This document shows, piece by piece, positions 1 through 8,619 of a stretch of 64,000 nucleotides of DNA. The DNA comes from a bacterium (GTDB taxonomy: Bacteria; SAR324; XYD2-FULL-50-16). The notes below the pieces were generated by a model, which saw only the letters and a program-made list of their open reading frames with translations, searched no databases and had not been told where the DNA came from. The stretch covers positions 224,001-288,000 of the forward strand of contig JAVVEA010000001.1 of NCBI GenBank assembly GCA_032250835.1, in the 5' to 3' direction. The translations under genes and the position numbers were made by a program. Every line of letters starts with the position of its first letter. Position 1 is the first letter of the stretch.

Positions 1-820
1 TTTCGTCGATAAGCACGTCTTCGGCTTCTTTTTGGAGCGAGGCATTGATTTTAGATAGATTTTCCAAAGCCCGCGCTCGATGTTGGTCGATCAGCCCGTC
101 TACCCGGCTGATCTGCGCCGCGCTGCCCTTGCCGCGTAGCAAAGGCATCATTTGTTGTCGGTAGACCGAAAGATAGGCGCGCAGCTCACCATTCACCTGT
201 TCTGCCCATTCTTTCTCTTGGGGCGTATCAACGAGCTTTCTTAGCCATTGGATGTCAGCATCCAATTGGTCCTCATACCGGCCCATTTGTCGCGAAGTGG
301 CCTCTAAATTGCGGTTGATCACCCCATCGGCCATCACAGAATAAATCCCTTCAACCTTTAATTCCAACCTTGCCACGGCCAGAGCGTCTTGCATGCGGCG
401 CTCAAGGTTTTCACCTTTTTCTAAAATCGGTAAGGTTCCTTCTAGGTAGGCATCTAAATATTGGTCTAAACCTTGTCCAAAGTCGCGGGACCATGCCTTC
501 TCTTCCTTGGTGTCCACCAAACTATCTATTTCGGCTATTAATGCAGGTTGGTGGTTATGAATTTTGTCCAGTTCCGTTTTTAATAGGCCTAAATCGCGGT
601 TGATGATCCCGTCGGCCATGACGGGGTAAATTTCCTCAATTTCAATAGCGATATGCAACACCCGCTCTGCATCGACACTGCGCTCTGTGACTATTTGCGA
701 GATCATGGATAGCTGGCGCAGCGTATAGACCTGAAACGACGCCACCCCAATGAATAGGACCAGCACCGCCCCAAACCCGAGGGAAAGTTTCGTTCCAATC
801 TTTAAGTCTTTAAATTTCAT
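1..820 (-). CDS. Methyl-accepting chemotaxis/sensor protein, N-terminal part (runs off the left edge; absent from the ORF track)
   Basis: Manual translation from ATG 820 gives MKFKDLKIGTKLSLGFGAVLVLFIGVASFQVYTL..., the typical MCP start plus TM1, then a helical periplasmic region. Frame is open to base 1. ATG overlaps the STAS stop (ATGA). Signalling domain lies outside the window. Confidence 0.75.
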   Translation of the reverse strand, partial: MKFKDLKIGTKLSLGFGAVLVLFIGVASFQVYTLRQLSMISQIVTERSVDAERVLHIAIEIEEIYPVMADGIINRDLGLLKTELDKIHNHQPALIAEIDSLVDTKEEKAWSRDFGQGLDQYLDAYLEGTLPILEKGENLERRMQDALAVARLELKVEGIYSVMADGVINRNLEATSRQMGRYEDQLDADIQWLRKLVDTPQEKEWAEQVNGELRAYLSVYRQQMMPLLRGKGSAAQISRVDGLIDQHRARALENLSKINASLQKEAEDVLIDE

Positions 821-1152
821 TGGGCCTCCTCTGGTGGTCCACATGGGTCCCAGTCCGCAACTGACAGCCCCAATTGGGCCAGTGCTTCCTGAAGGATTTG
901 GGGAAGTTCTCTGCGCAGGCATACTTTCTTGCCGCGCTTAATGGCCGCCTCTTTAAGGGCAATAAAAAGCTGAAGCGCTGTAAGGTCACAATCCTCAACG
1001 GAAGTGAGGTCGAATTCCAGCCGCTCAAACCGGTCTAAACCTTCGATTAAGTGGGTCCTAAGGGCTTGCGCAGAAGAAATCTTCAGGTCGCCCGCTAATT
1101 CCAGCAAACCGACCCCTGGATTTTCCTGTTCTTGCCACATGGTCTCATTCAT
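817..1152 (-). CDS. STAS-domain protein (chemotaxis-associated anti-anti-sigma-like)
   Basis: LELAGDLKISSAQAL...FDLTSVEDCDLTALQLFIALK fits the STAS pattern. Coupled by ATGA overlaps on both sides. Confidence 0.85.
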   Translation of the reverse strand: MNETMWQEQENPGVGLLELAGDLKISSAQALRTHLIEGLDRFERLEFDLTSVEDCDLTALQLFIALKEAAIKRGKKVCLRRELPQILQEALAQLGLSVADWDPCGPPEEAQ

Positions 1153-1514
1153 GGTTTGCTCTCCTGGCTCAGTTCTTTGACTGCTGCTAGTAATTGCTCA
1201 TAGTCCAGTGGCTTGGTGAAAACCTTCGAAGCCCCTAGGTGTTCGGCTAAAGCAAGATAGTTGGACGCCCGTCCTGAAATACCGATTACCGGGACCTGAG
1301 CACCGGTCTCCTTGAGTTCAGAGATCATCGAAATCCCATCCTGGTTCGGCATCGATAAATCAGTAATCACCAGATCCACCGGGTCATGGGCTAAGCAAGC
1401 GAGCCCATCACGGCCATCAGCCGCCTCGAGTACTTGATAGCCGGCTTCTCGCAGTAGGTTGCCGAGATAAAAACGGATTGATTTAGAATCGTCGACCAAC
1501 AGAATCTTCGGCAT
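1149..1514 (-). CDS. Single-domain response regulator (CheY-like receiver)
   Basis: KILLVDDS...DLVITDLSMP...ISG...KP: acidic pocket, phospho-Asp and Lys all present. ATG 1514 has a GGAG upstream (ORF track starts at 1529). Confidence 0.9.
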   Translation of the reverse strand: MPKILLVDDSKSIRFYLGNLLREAGYQVLEAADGRDGLACLAHDPVDLVITDLSMPNQDGISMISELKETGAQVPVIGISGRASNYLALAEHLGASKVFTKPLDYEQLLAAVKELSQESKP

Positions 1515-1643
1515 AACCACTCCAGACAAAATTGGGTCTAAGGTTGCTTCCTTGGCCGTGAGCTATTCAAATCACTGGAAGTTACGTGCCAAAAGCTATC
1601 TGGCTGTTTTATTGCATTATTAGATATCTTGTGGCGGGACGAA

Positions 1644-1772
1644 TGCAGAATATTCTGCAAGCAGAAAATTCATTAAGACCCTTTGAAAGGAAAAATAGAG
1701 GCTCTGTTGCCTTTGGCTAGGGATTTAGTTCGATGGAGTGCAGAAAATTTTGCGTATGCAAAAAATTCTGCA
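1644..1772. promoter_or_regulatory. Three 16-bp palindromic TGCAGAAWWTTCTGCA-type sites (candidate enhancer-binding-protein sites)
   Basis: TGCAGAATATTCTGCA 1644-1659 (perfect), TGCAGAAAATTTTGCG 1739-1754, TGCAAAAAATTCTGCA 1757-1772. Confidence 0.65.
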
Positions 1773-1800
1773 AAAAAAAATTTTTCGACTTTGTGTGGCC

Positions 1801-1816
1801 TGGCAACTGATTTGCA
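1801..1816 (+). promoter_or_regulatory. Sigma54 (-24/-12) promoter
   Basis: TGGCAACTGATTTGCA is GG-N10-GC and close to TGGCAC-N5-TTGCA. Lies ~60 bp upstream of ATG 1874. Confidence 0.65.
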
Positions 1817-1873
1817 TGTCAACACAAAAAGGTCTTTAGACCTCGAACACTCGTTCTTCTAAAGGAGAGGATC

Positions 1874-2137
1874 ATGAAAAAGTGGATCATGGCCGCAGCG
1901 GCGCTGGCCTGTTTTGGGATTAGTGCTCAAGCCCAAGAGGAAGTTAGTCTCGATAGCTTCGATAAATGCAACAATTGGGCTCGCCAATATTGCCAGATCG
2001 GCGCTCATGAAACAGCGGTTAATGCTGAATTATTGCGTTTGAAGAAGGCGGGCGTTCCGATCACTGTAGAGCGGATCAAGATGATGGCCCAAAGCATCAA
2101 CCCACACCGCGCTGAAGCACAAGCCCAACAGCAGTAA
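1874..2137 (+). CDS. Small secreted hypothetical protein
   Basis: Strong SD (AAAGGAGAGG), Sec signal MKKWIMAAAALACFGISAQA, two Cys in the mature part, downstream hairpin. Confidence 0.8.
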   Translation: MKKWIMAAAALACFGISAQAQEEVSLDSFDKCNNWARQYCQIGAHETAVNAELLRLKKAGVPITVERIKMMAQSINPHRAEAQAQQQ

Positions 2138-2143
2138 CCCAGG

Positions 2144-2167
2144 AAATGCGGGCCAAAATCCGCATTT
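2144..2167 (+). terminator. Hairpin/putative terminator
   Basis: AAATGCGG-N8-CCGCATTT immediately after the stop at 2137. Confidence 0.5.
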
Positions 2168-2245
2168 GCTTCGGTAGTATTGCTAGGTTGCCGCGCTGAG
2201 GTATCTGGGCTATCTTAAAGGTAAACCCAGTACGGAGGCGCGACT

Positions 2246-2731
2246 ATGCTTACTACTAAAGGCCGGGTCGTCAACGGCCAGATTGTCTTAGACGAGCCGG
2301 GCATTGCCTTGCCAAAGCGCTCGGAACTGATCGTTAGCTTCGCCAATATAGGGCCCAATTTGGTCCACTACCAGAGCCGCGCCGAAAGCGACGGCATCGC
2401 CCGTGGCAACCGCCACTACCCCCGCATCCATACCGAAAGTCGTATCACCATCGTGGAACAGGACCATAGTTCCAAGACCCATTACCGCTTACCGCTTTTA
2501 GACGTCTCTCGTGGTGGTTTGAGTTTTCTTGCGAACCGCCAATACCTTGAAGACAGTCTAATCTACGCAGGCATCACCAACCCGGAAAACCCTGCCGATC
2601 TTTGGTTAGAGCTGGCCATGGAAGTCCGGGGGATTTCGCCCTATAGTTCGGGATACAAAGTAGGCTGTAGGTTCCAGAACAGTCTAGACGAGGGGATTTT
2701 CTACGACTTCAGCCGGTTTTTAGGCCAATGA
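2246..2731 (+). CDS. PilZ-domain (c-di-GMP-binding) protein with short N-terminal AbrB/DUF104-like segment
   Basis: RHYPR (RxxxR), DVSRGG (DxSxxG) and C-terminal VGCRF. SD GGAGG present. Confidence 0.8.
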   Translation: MLTTKGRVVNGQIVLDEPGIALPKRSELIVSFANIGPNLVHYQSRAESDGIARGNRHYPRIHTESRITIVEQDHSSKTHYRLPLLDVSRGGLSFLANRQYLEDSLIYAGITNPENPADLWLELAMEVRGISPYSSGYKVGCRFQNSLDEGIFYDFSRFLGQ

Positions 2732-3012
2732 AGCCGTTGTTTTGGCTTGGGTGCTTCGGTTGTTTTGCTTCGGTAGCCTGGGCGAGCCTCCCGGTAGAGC
2801 CGGGAGTTGATGGTCTAACCAAACGCAAGATGGACTGGCTCGAAAAAAGGGGAACGCCCATCCGTTATGGCTCTGACGATGCCCGTTGGGGCACCGTGGC
2901 CTGCCGCATCGGCAACAAAGTATACCTGCGCCGCCAGTGGGGCATTGAGCAAACCTGGGTGAACGACGAGGTAGCGACCTGCCCGCCCTTTTTTGGCCCC
3001 TCGGCCCCTTAA
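2728..3012 (+). CDS. Hypothetical exported protein
   Basis: ATGA overlap with the PilZ gene, signal-peptide-like N-terminus (AWA), 4-bp stop overlap with the convergent transporter. Confidence 0.55.
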   Translation: MKPLFWLGCFGCFASVAWASLPVEPGVDGLTKRKMDWLEKRGTPIRYGSDDARWGTVACRIGNKVYLRRQWGIEQTWVNDEVATCPPFFGPSAP

Positions 3013-4286
3013 CCACCCAGCAGTAGGCTGCTCTGATTATAGAAGATCCCGGCCACCGCCCCGGTCGCCAAACAAGCCATGGTGGCCGCCACCAGAGCCC
3101 GTAAGCCCACTTGGCTGATTGCTTTGGTCCGCTCGGGCACCAAGGCGCTGATCCCGCCCACGAAGATCGCCATTGAGGCAAAATGGGCAAAGCCACAGAG
3201 CGCATAAGAGGTAATCACCAAACTGCGCGGGTCCGTGATTTGACCTAGCTTCATGGCCTGCGCTAGGTCTTGATAACTGACCACCTCAGTCAGCAACAAA
3301 CGTTCCCCCACAATCGCCGCCACCTGGGCCGCATCGCCGGTGGGGATGCCCATCAAGAGCACCAAGGGATAAAAAAGATGCCCCAAAAGGTCCCTGAGGG
3401 TCAGTGGCAGTCCCAACCAACCGCTGACGCCCCCAAAAATCAGGTCCAAAAGGGCCACCAAGCCCAAAACGGCAATCAGCAGGGCTGCCACGCCCACAAT
3501 CAGCTGAACACCGTTTTGAGCGCCGTTGATCACCGCTTCAAAGAGGTTTGATTCCTTTTCATAATGCGGGTTAACCTTTTCGCCTTGGGTCTCGGGTTTT
3601 TCGGTTTCCGGAAGCAAGATTTTGCTCATCAATACCGCCGCCGGGGCCGAGATGATCGACGCCGAGATCAAATGCCCGGCGATAGCCGGGAAGACGTCTT
3701 GCAACGTAAAGACGTAGAGCGCCAAGATATTACTGGCCACCGTCGCCATACCGGCCGTTAAGACCGTACAAAACTCACTGGCGGTCATCTTGGGCAGATG
3801 CGGCTTGATGGTCACCGCCGACTCAACACCCACAAAGATATTGCTGGCCACCGAGAGCGACTCGGCTCCCGAAATGCCCATGGTCTTAGCAAAGATACGG
3901 GCAAAGAGTTTGACCAACATAGGCATGAAACCAATGTAGTACAACAGGGCCACCAGAGCCGAAAAAAAGATAATCGCCGGAAGCGTCTGGAAGGCCAAGA
4001 TAAAGCCCAAGGACCCCTCGGAACCGGGGCCTGCCGCTAAGGGGCCAAACAGAAAGCTGGTGCCGGCTTGGGAAACGCTCAGCAGTTGAACCACCACCCC
4101 ATTGAGCCACCAAAAGAACTGGCGGCCCTGGGGGATCACAAAGACCACCAGCCCAAACAGCAACTGCAACCCTAAGGCCCAGAGCACCAACCTTTTGTCT
4201 ACTGCCCGGCGGTTGGTAGAAAAAACCCAAGCGAGGGCGATCAAGCCCAAGAGCCCGACCAAACTAACCAGATTATAGCCACTCAT
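3009..4286 (-). CDS. Concentrative nucleoside transporter (CNT/NupC family)
   Basis: Highly hydrophobic. Motifs FAFQTLPAIIFFSAL-like, ASNIFVG, GMATVA, YALCGFAHFAS. Confidence 0.93.
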   Translation of the reverse strand: MSGYNLVSLVGLLGLIALAWVFSTNRRAVDKRLVLWALGLQLLFGLVVFVIPQGRQFFWWLNGVVVQLLSVSQAGTSFLFGPLAAGPGSEGSLGFILAFQTLPAIIFFSALVALLYYIGFMPMLVKLFARIFAKTMGISGAESLSVASNIFVGVESAVTIKPHLPKMTASEFCTVLTAGMATVASNILALYVFTLQDVFPAIAGHLISASIISAPAAVLMSKILLPETEKPETQGEKVNPHYEKESNLFEAVINGAQNGVQLIVGVAALLIAVLGLVALLDLIFGGVSGWLGLPLTLRDLLGHLFYPLVLLMGIPTGDAAQVAAIVGERLLLTEVVSYQDLAQAMKLGQITDPRSLVITSYALCGFAHFASMAIFVGGISALVPERTKAISQVGLRALVAATMACLATGAVAGIFYNQSSLLLGG

Positions 4287-4307
4287 GTTCGGACCAACAA
4301 AGAAGGT

Positions 4308-5021
4308 TCAGGAGGCCAGATCGGCCACCAACTGCGGGGTGTGGGTGATATAATCGCTGGCCGTCAGGTAGCAGGCAATCCCGTCCACCATCCCTTTGGG
4401 GATAGACTCCCATTCATTTTGCATATGGAAGTGGCCATAGCTGCAACTGCGCACCGGGTACTGACAAATCAGTTTCCAAAAGGCTGTCTTTTCTCCGGCG
4501 GTAGTGAAGGGCGGAAAATGCATCAACAAATGCATGCCCCGCTGCTGGGCCCCTAATTCCATCGCTTGGTCTAACGCCGCTTTAAGCAGCCCCATTTCTT
4601 TTAGGTAGGTCTTGCCGTCCAAGGGGTCGCTACAGGGGTCGTTGGGTGCCAACCAACCTCGGGTCCCGCAGATGATCTGCCCTTCAATCTCCAACGCCGA
4701 ACCCTGTAAAGCCAGCATGCCAGGAGGCAGGGCCGCCTGTAGGACCTCGCGTTTCTTCCACCAATGGTCGTGGTTGCCTTTAACCAGAATTTTATAGCGA
4801 CCTGGTAGGTCATTAAATTGGCGCAGGTGCACCAGTGCAGCGTCCAGCTTGGTGGCCCAGGAGATATCGCCGCCAATCATGACGATGTCTAGGGGCTTTA
4901 CGGTCTTCTGCCAATTTCGTTTGATTTGGGTTTCATGGTCTACCCAGATTTCGCCGTAGGCGTTCATGTTGCGGTCTACGCGGCCTGAAAAATGGGGGTC
5001 TGAAATGGCCCATAACTTCAT
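4308..5021 (-). CDS. Calcineurin-like metallophosphoesterase
   Basis: Metal-binding motifs SDPH, GGD, KGNHD, HFPP and YGHFH. Confidence 0.9.
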   Translation of the reverse strand: MKLWAISDPHFSGRVDRNMNAYGEIWVDHETQIKRNWQKTVKPLDIVMIGGDISWATKLDAALVHLRQFNDLPGRYKILVKGNHDHWWKKREVLQAALPPGMLALQGSALEIEGQIICGTRGWLAPNDPCSDPLDGKTYLKEMGLLKAALDQAMELGAQQRGMHLLMHFPPFTTAGEKTAFWKLICQYPVRSCSYGHFHMQNEWESIPKGMVDGIACYLTASDYITHTPQLVADLAS

Positions 5022-6325
5022 GGCTTCAACCGTTCCATCAGCCTGGGGAAGGGGATCGCTTCGCGGATATGGTGGATACCGGCAATCCAGCCGACCAGCC
5101 GCTCTAAACCAATCCCAAAGCCCGCATGCTCGACGCTTCCGTAGCGGCGTAAATCAAGGTACCAGTCATAGTTTTCCGGCGGGAGACCGGCTTCGACAAT
5201 CCGTTGGAGCAAACGCTCCAATTCGGCTTCGCGCTGGGAGCCGCCAATGATTTCACCATGCCCTTCAGGAGCGATCAAGTCGGCGCATTTGACCCGGTCG
5301 GGCCGCTCAGGGTCTTCTTTCATATAAAAGGCTTTGACGGCCTTTGGGTAATCCATCACAAAGCAGGGCAGGCCGAAGTGCTCGCCTAAGACCGTCTCGT
5401 GCGGTGCGCCCAGATCATCCCCATAGCTGATCGATTCACCTAGCTTATTTAGCAGCCTTACCGCATCGCCGTAGTCTAGCCGGACGAAAGGTTCTTCTGC
5501 GGCGCGCTCTAGGGCGGCGGGGTTGCGTTCTAGGACTTCTAGGTGATAGCGGCAATGTTTCAACACCTCCCTCAAGACGCGCCGGATCAGGTCTTCTTGT
5601 AGGTCTATGTTGTCCTGAGAATCAAAAAAAGCCATCTCCGCTTCTAACATCCAAAATTCAGCCAGATGACGGCGGGTTTTGCTCTTTTCGGCCCGGAACG
5701 TGGGCCCAAAGCAGAACACCCGACCATGGGCGAAGATTGAGGCCTCAAGGTACAATTGGCCGGTTTGGGCCAAGTAGGCGGTGCCTAGGTCGAAATAGTC
5801 CAGCGCAAAGAGCCCCGAAGGGTCCTCACCTACCGCCGTGGTCAAGATGGGGGAGTCCATCTTGGTGAATTGAGACTCCGCAAAAAAAGCCCCAATCGAG
5901 CGGATCACTTGGTCTCGGATTTTAAAAATCGACACCTGCCGCTTGCTGCGGAGCCACAGATGACGCAGGCCTAGCAAAAAGTCAGGCCCATGTTCCTTAG
6001 GCGTGATCGGGTAGTCCACCGAAGCGCCCAACAGGCGGATTTGGCGGGCTTGTAACTCGACCCCAAAGGGCCCTTGTTGGCTTTGCGTAACCACTCCGCG
6101 GACGGCAATAGCGGCCTCTTGGCGTATATCAGGCCAAAGTTCAAAAGCCTCTTCGGGCGTCTCGCCCTTAACCAGCACCACTTGAATCGTCGCGGAACCA
6201 TCGCGCAGGCCGATGAACCGGATTTTGCTTGATTTACGACTGAACTGAACCCAGCCCTTCAACTCTACTTCTTCGCCTAAGTGCTGGGGTAGTTGGCTGA
6301 TCAGTAAACGTTGGTTCCAGCGCAT
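5018..6325 (-). CDS. asnS: Asparagine--tRNA ligase
   Basis: OB-fold N-terminus, TFRAEKSKTRRHLAEFWMLEAE, EIIGGSQRE, WYLDLRRYG, GFGIGLER. ATG 6325 overlaps the upstream TGA (track starts at 6355). Confidence 0.95.
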   Translation of the reverse strand: MRWNQRLLISQLPQHLGEEVELKGWVQFSRKSSKIRFIGLRDGSATIQVVLVKGETPEEAFELWPDIRQEAAIAVRGVVTQSQQGPFGVELQARQIRLLGASVDYPITPKEHGPDFLLGLRHLWLRSKRQVSIFKIRDQVIRSIGAFFAESQFTKMDSPILTTAVGEDPSGLFALDYFDLGTAYLAQTGQLYLEASIFAHGRVFCFGPTFRAEKSKTRRHLAEFWMLEAEMAFFDSQDNIDLQEDLIRRVLREVLKHCRYHLEVLERNPAALERAAEEPFVRLDYGDAVRLLNKLGESISYGDDLGAPHETVLGEHFGLPCFVMDYPKAVKAFYMKEDPERPDRVKCADLIAPEGHGEIIGGSQREAELERLLQRIVEAGLPPENYDWYLDLRRYGSVEHAGFGIGLERLVGWIAGIHHIREAIPFPRLMERLKP

Positions 6326-6861
6326 CAAAAACCTATGGAAGCGCCTAGGGCCCACATGGTTCCCCCGGCTTCTAGGTATTCGCTGCCGCTAAGGTACTTC
6401 AACTCCGCCTGGACTACGTGGTAGCTAAAATCCAGATTAAAGCCCACCGTGATCGGAATGCCCAGGCGCGCTAAGAACTGTAGAGCCGTACCGCGGTCAT
6501 ATTGCCCGGCATAGTCCCCTTTGAGGTTCACCGTACCGGCCCCAGCACCCATTGAAAGGTTCACAAAGGGTAGAGGGAAGGTATAAAAGTAGTCGACCAA
6601 TAGGTAAGAAAATTTGTGTTCCCCTTGGTTCTTCAGCTTAACCTCATAGGTCTCAAAGCTCACTCCGCCCAAGACCGGTAAACTAGCGCTCAACAGCAGA
6701 CCGGTGGGCGCCCCGTCGGCCTGGAAGCTATTCCCATCGTCAGCGGGGGAGAAGCTAAAGTCCATCGGAGTTTGGACTCCAATAAAAAGGTCGTCTGCCG
6801 CCCGAAGGGGGGTAACACTGCAAAGCAGCAAAACCAGAAAGGACCAGATCGTAAGACGCAT
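6325..6861 (-). CDS. Small outer-membrane beta-barrel protein
   Basis: Signal peptide, amphipathic beta-strands, C-terminal ALGASIGF beta-signal. Confidence 0.7.
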   Translation of the reverse strand: MRLTIWSFLVLLLCSVTPLRAADDLFIGVQTPMDFSFSPADDGNSFQADGAPTGLLLSASLPVLGGVSFETYEVKLKNQGEHKFSYLLVDYFYTFPLPFVNLSMGAGAGTVNLKGDYAGQYDRGTALQFLARLGIPITVGFNLDFSYHVVQAELKYLSGSEYLEAGGTMWALGASIGF

Positions 6862-6872
6862 GTTCTTAAGGG

Positions 6873-8561
6873 TTAGGGTTTTTCGACTACCGTCAAGGAT
6901 GCCCCAGTAGGCATCTCCACCGTAAAAGATTGCGTGCCACTCAGGCTCGAGCCGACTTTATAAATAGCGCCACCGGTTGTGTCTAGGCTGGTTAAGCCGC
7001 TGGTGAAGATTTTGGGCCCCGTGCCGTAGCCAAACAGATTGATAGAGCCCGCGTTATAATCCACTCCATTCAACGTACTGGTAAAATAACTGCCTTGATT
7101 CAATTGGTAGTTCGTTGGGGCGTTGGTCTGGCTTGACAAAAGGACCGCCGCCTGAAACCGCTGGATCAACTCGCTGTAGCTGACTGTATAGCCCAAAGAA
7201 CCCAGGGCGTTGACCACCGTGTTTTGGTTGTCGCCGCTGGTGGTCATCAAGGCTTTGGCTAAGGCAGCACCGCCATAGTTGCGCAACAAGTAGGCCCCGA
7301 AGACGTAATTGATGGCATATCGATACAAAACGGCATTGTCGTTGGCCCAGTAAGCCTGACCTAGGTAGGGGTAGTAATTGAACCAAGCCGGGCGGCTGCT
7401 GCTGTCGGTGCTGGTGCCCGCAGTGCCGTCATTATAAGCAACGCCGCGGGGGCCATTGACTAACATTTTATCGGACAGTAAGTCTTCGGTCATCATGGAC
7501 ATCATCTCTTCAATCCAAGAGTCCGTGTTGGAGCTAACCACCGAAAGCAACACGTTCTTTTGATAAAAGTGGATCATGTGTTGGAACTCGTGGGCCAAGG
7601 TACTGACCATCTCACCGGGCCATTCGTCGGTCACCTCCCAGGTCGTTCCGGTGGGTGTCGCGGTCATGACCGAATCAATATAAAAAACCAGCCGTTCATT
7701 TGAGGAACTAACAACGGTGCTCAGGTAATTGTCACGGCTGTAAAAGACGCCTAGGTATCCACCATTATCTGAGTTGTCCGATTGGATGTCGTACAACAAA
7801 ATATCGATGCTGTTGGCATTGCTAGCAGGGATCAAAACCGAGCTACTATGGCTGCCCCAGGGGGTTCCGTAGAGGTTGGTGACCCAGTCATAGATATCGT
7901 TGTTGCTACCGGTCTGGATGAACTTAGTGGCCAAGGCGTCCACCATGGTCTGGGTCACGCAGTGTTTTTTTGAACAAGTACCCCAGGAGTCGTCAGCCAC
8001 CCAAAGATTGACCGTAACGGTCCCGTCTGTGGTCACGCTACGCAGCGTCGAGGCCGGGGTCTCTCCGGAGAACACACCGTTAAAGGTGTGGGTATCGCCA
8101 AGGGCCGCAAAATTGGGTTCCTTAGGGGTCAGGCTGGCTTGATAGCGGGCCGATAACTCTTGTACCCGGTGGTTAAACTGGCTGGCCTCAGGAGTGCCTC
8201 GTAAGCCGATCCCCCGTTGGCGCGCCCAAGTGCCCATATCTTGACCTTGAAGGGACGCCTGAGGGATTTGGGCTGGGTCGAAAGGGGCCAAGTCAGCTTT
8301 GGGTGGAGCCTGATTGGCCGCCGTGGCGCTGAAGGTACCAGAAACGCTGGAACTGGTTCCGTTGGTGTAGATGAAATAGAGGTCCGCTTTTTGACTCATG
8401 GTCTGTGTATGGACGAAGGGAGCCCCCCCGCTAGCGCTGACATGAGTCACCGTACCCGTAGAGCTACTCGGCGGAGCCACGGTGGAGATGGTGGCGTTTT
8501 CGCTCTTGCAACCGGCAAAATAAAAGGCAATCAAAACCGCAATCACCCAGGATGCTTTCAT
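6873..8561 (-). CDS. Lipoprotein zinc metallopeptidase, M30 (hyicolysin)-like
   Basis: Lipobox FAGC, STLAHEFQHMIHF (HExxH) followed by WIEEMMS, GYLGVFYSRD, Ser/Thr-rich. Confidence 0.8.
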   Translation of the reverse strand: MKASWVIAVLIAFYFAGCKSENATISTVAPPSSSTGTVTHVSASGGAPFVHTQTMSQKADLYFIYTNGTSSSVSGTFSATAANQAPPKADLAPFDPAQIPQASLQGQDMGTWARQRGIGLRGTPEASQFNHRVQELSARYQASLTPKEPNFAALGDTHTFNGVFSGETPASTLRSVTTDGTVTVNLWVADDSWGTCSKKHCVTQTMVDALATKFIQTGSNNDIYDWVTNLYGTPWGSHSSSVLIPASNANSIDILLYDIQSDNSDNGGYLGVFYSRDNYLSTVVSSSNERLVFYIDSVMTATPTGTTWEVTDEWPGEMVSTLAHEFQHMIHFYQKNVLLSVVSSNTDSWIEEMMSMMTEDLLSDKMLVNGPRGVAYNDGTAGTSTDSSSRPAWFNYYPYLGQAYWANDNAVLYRYAINYVFGAYLLRNYGGAALAKALMTTSGDNQNTVVNALGSLGYTVSYSELIQRFQAAVLLSSQTNAPTNYQLNQGSYFTSTLNGVDYNAGSINLFGYGTGPKIFTSGLTSLDTTGGAIYKVGSSLSGTQSFTVEMPTGASLTVVEKP

Positions 8562-8619
8562 TTAGGTACCTCAAAAAAGGGAACCTTTAGAATAGCCTCC
8601 TATCCTAATCCTGTCAAAG

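Noticed and set aside
370-1028. Short ORFs 370-603, 750-941 and 810-1028
   Set aside because: They overlap the MCP-like and STAS reading frames and have no recognisable features.
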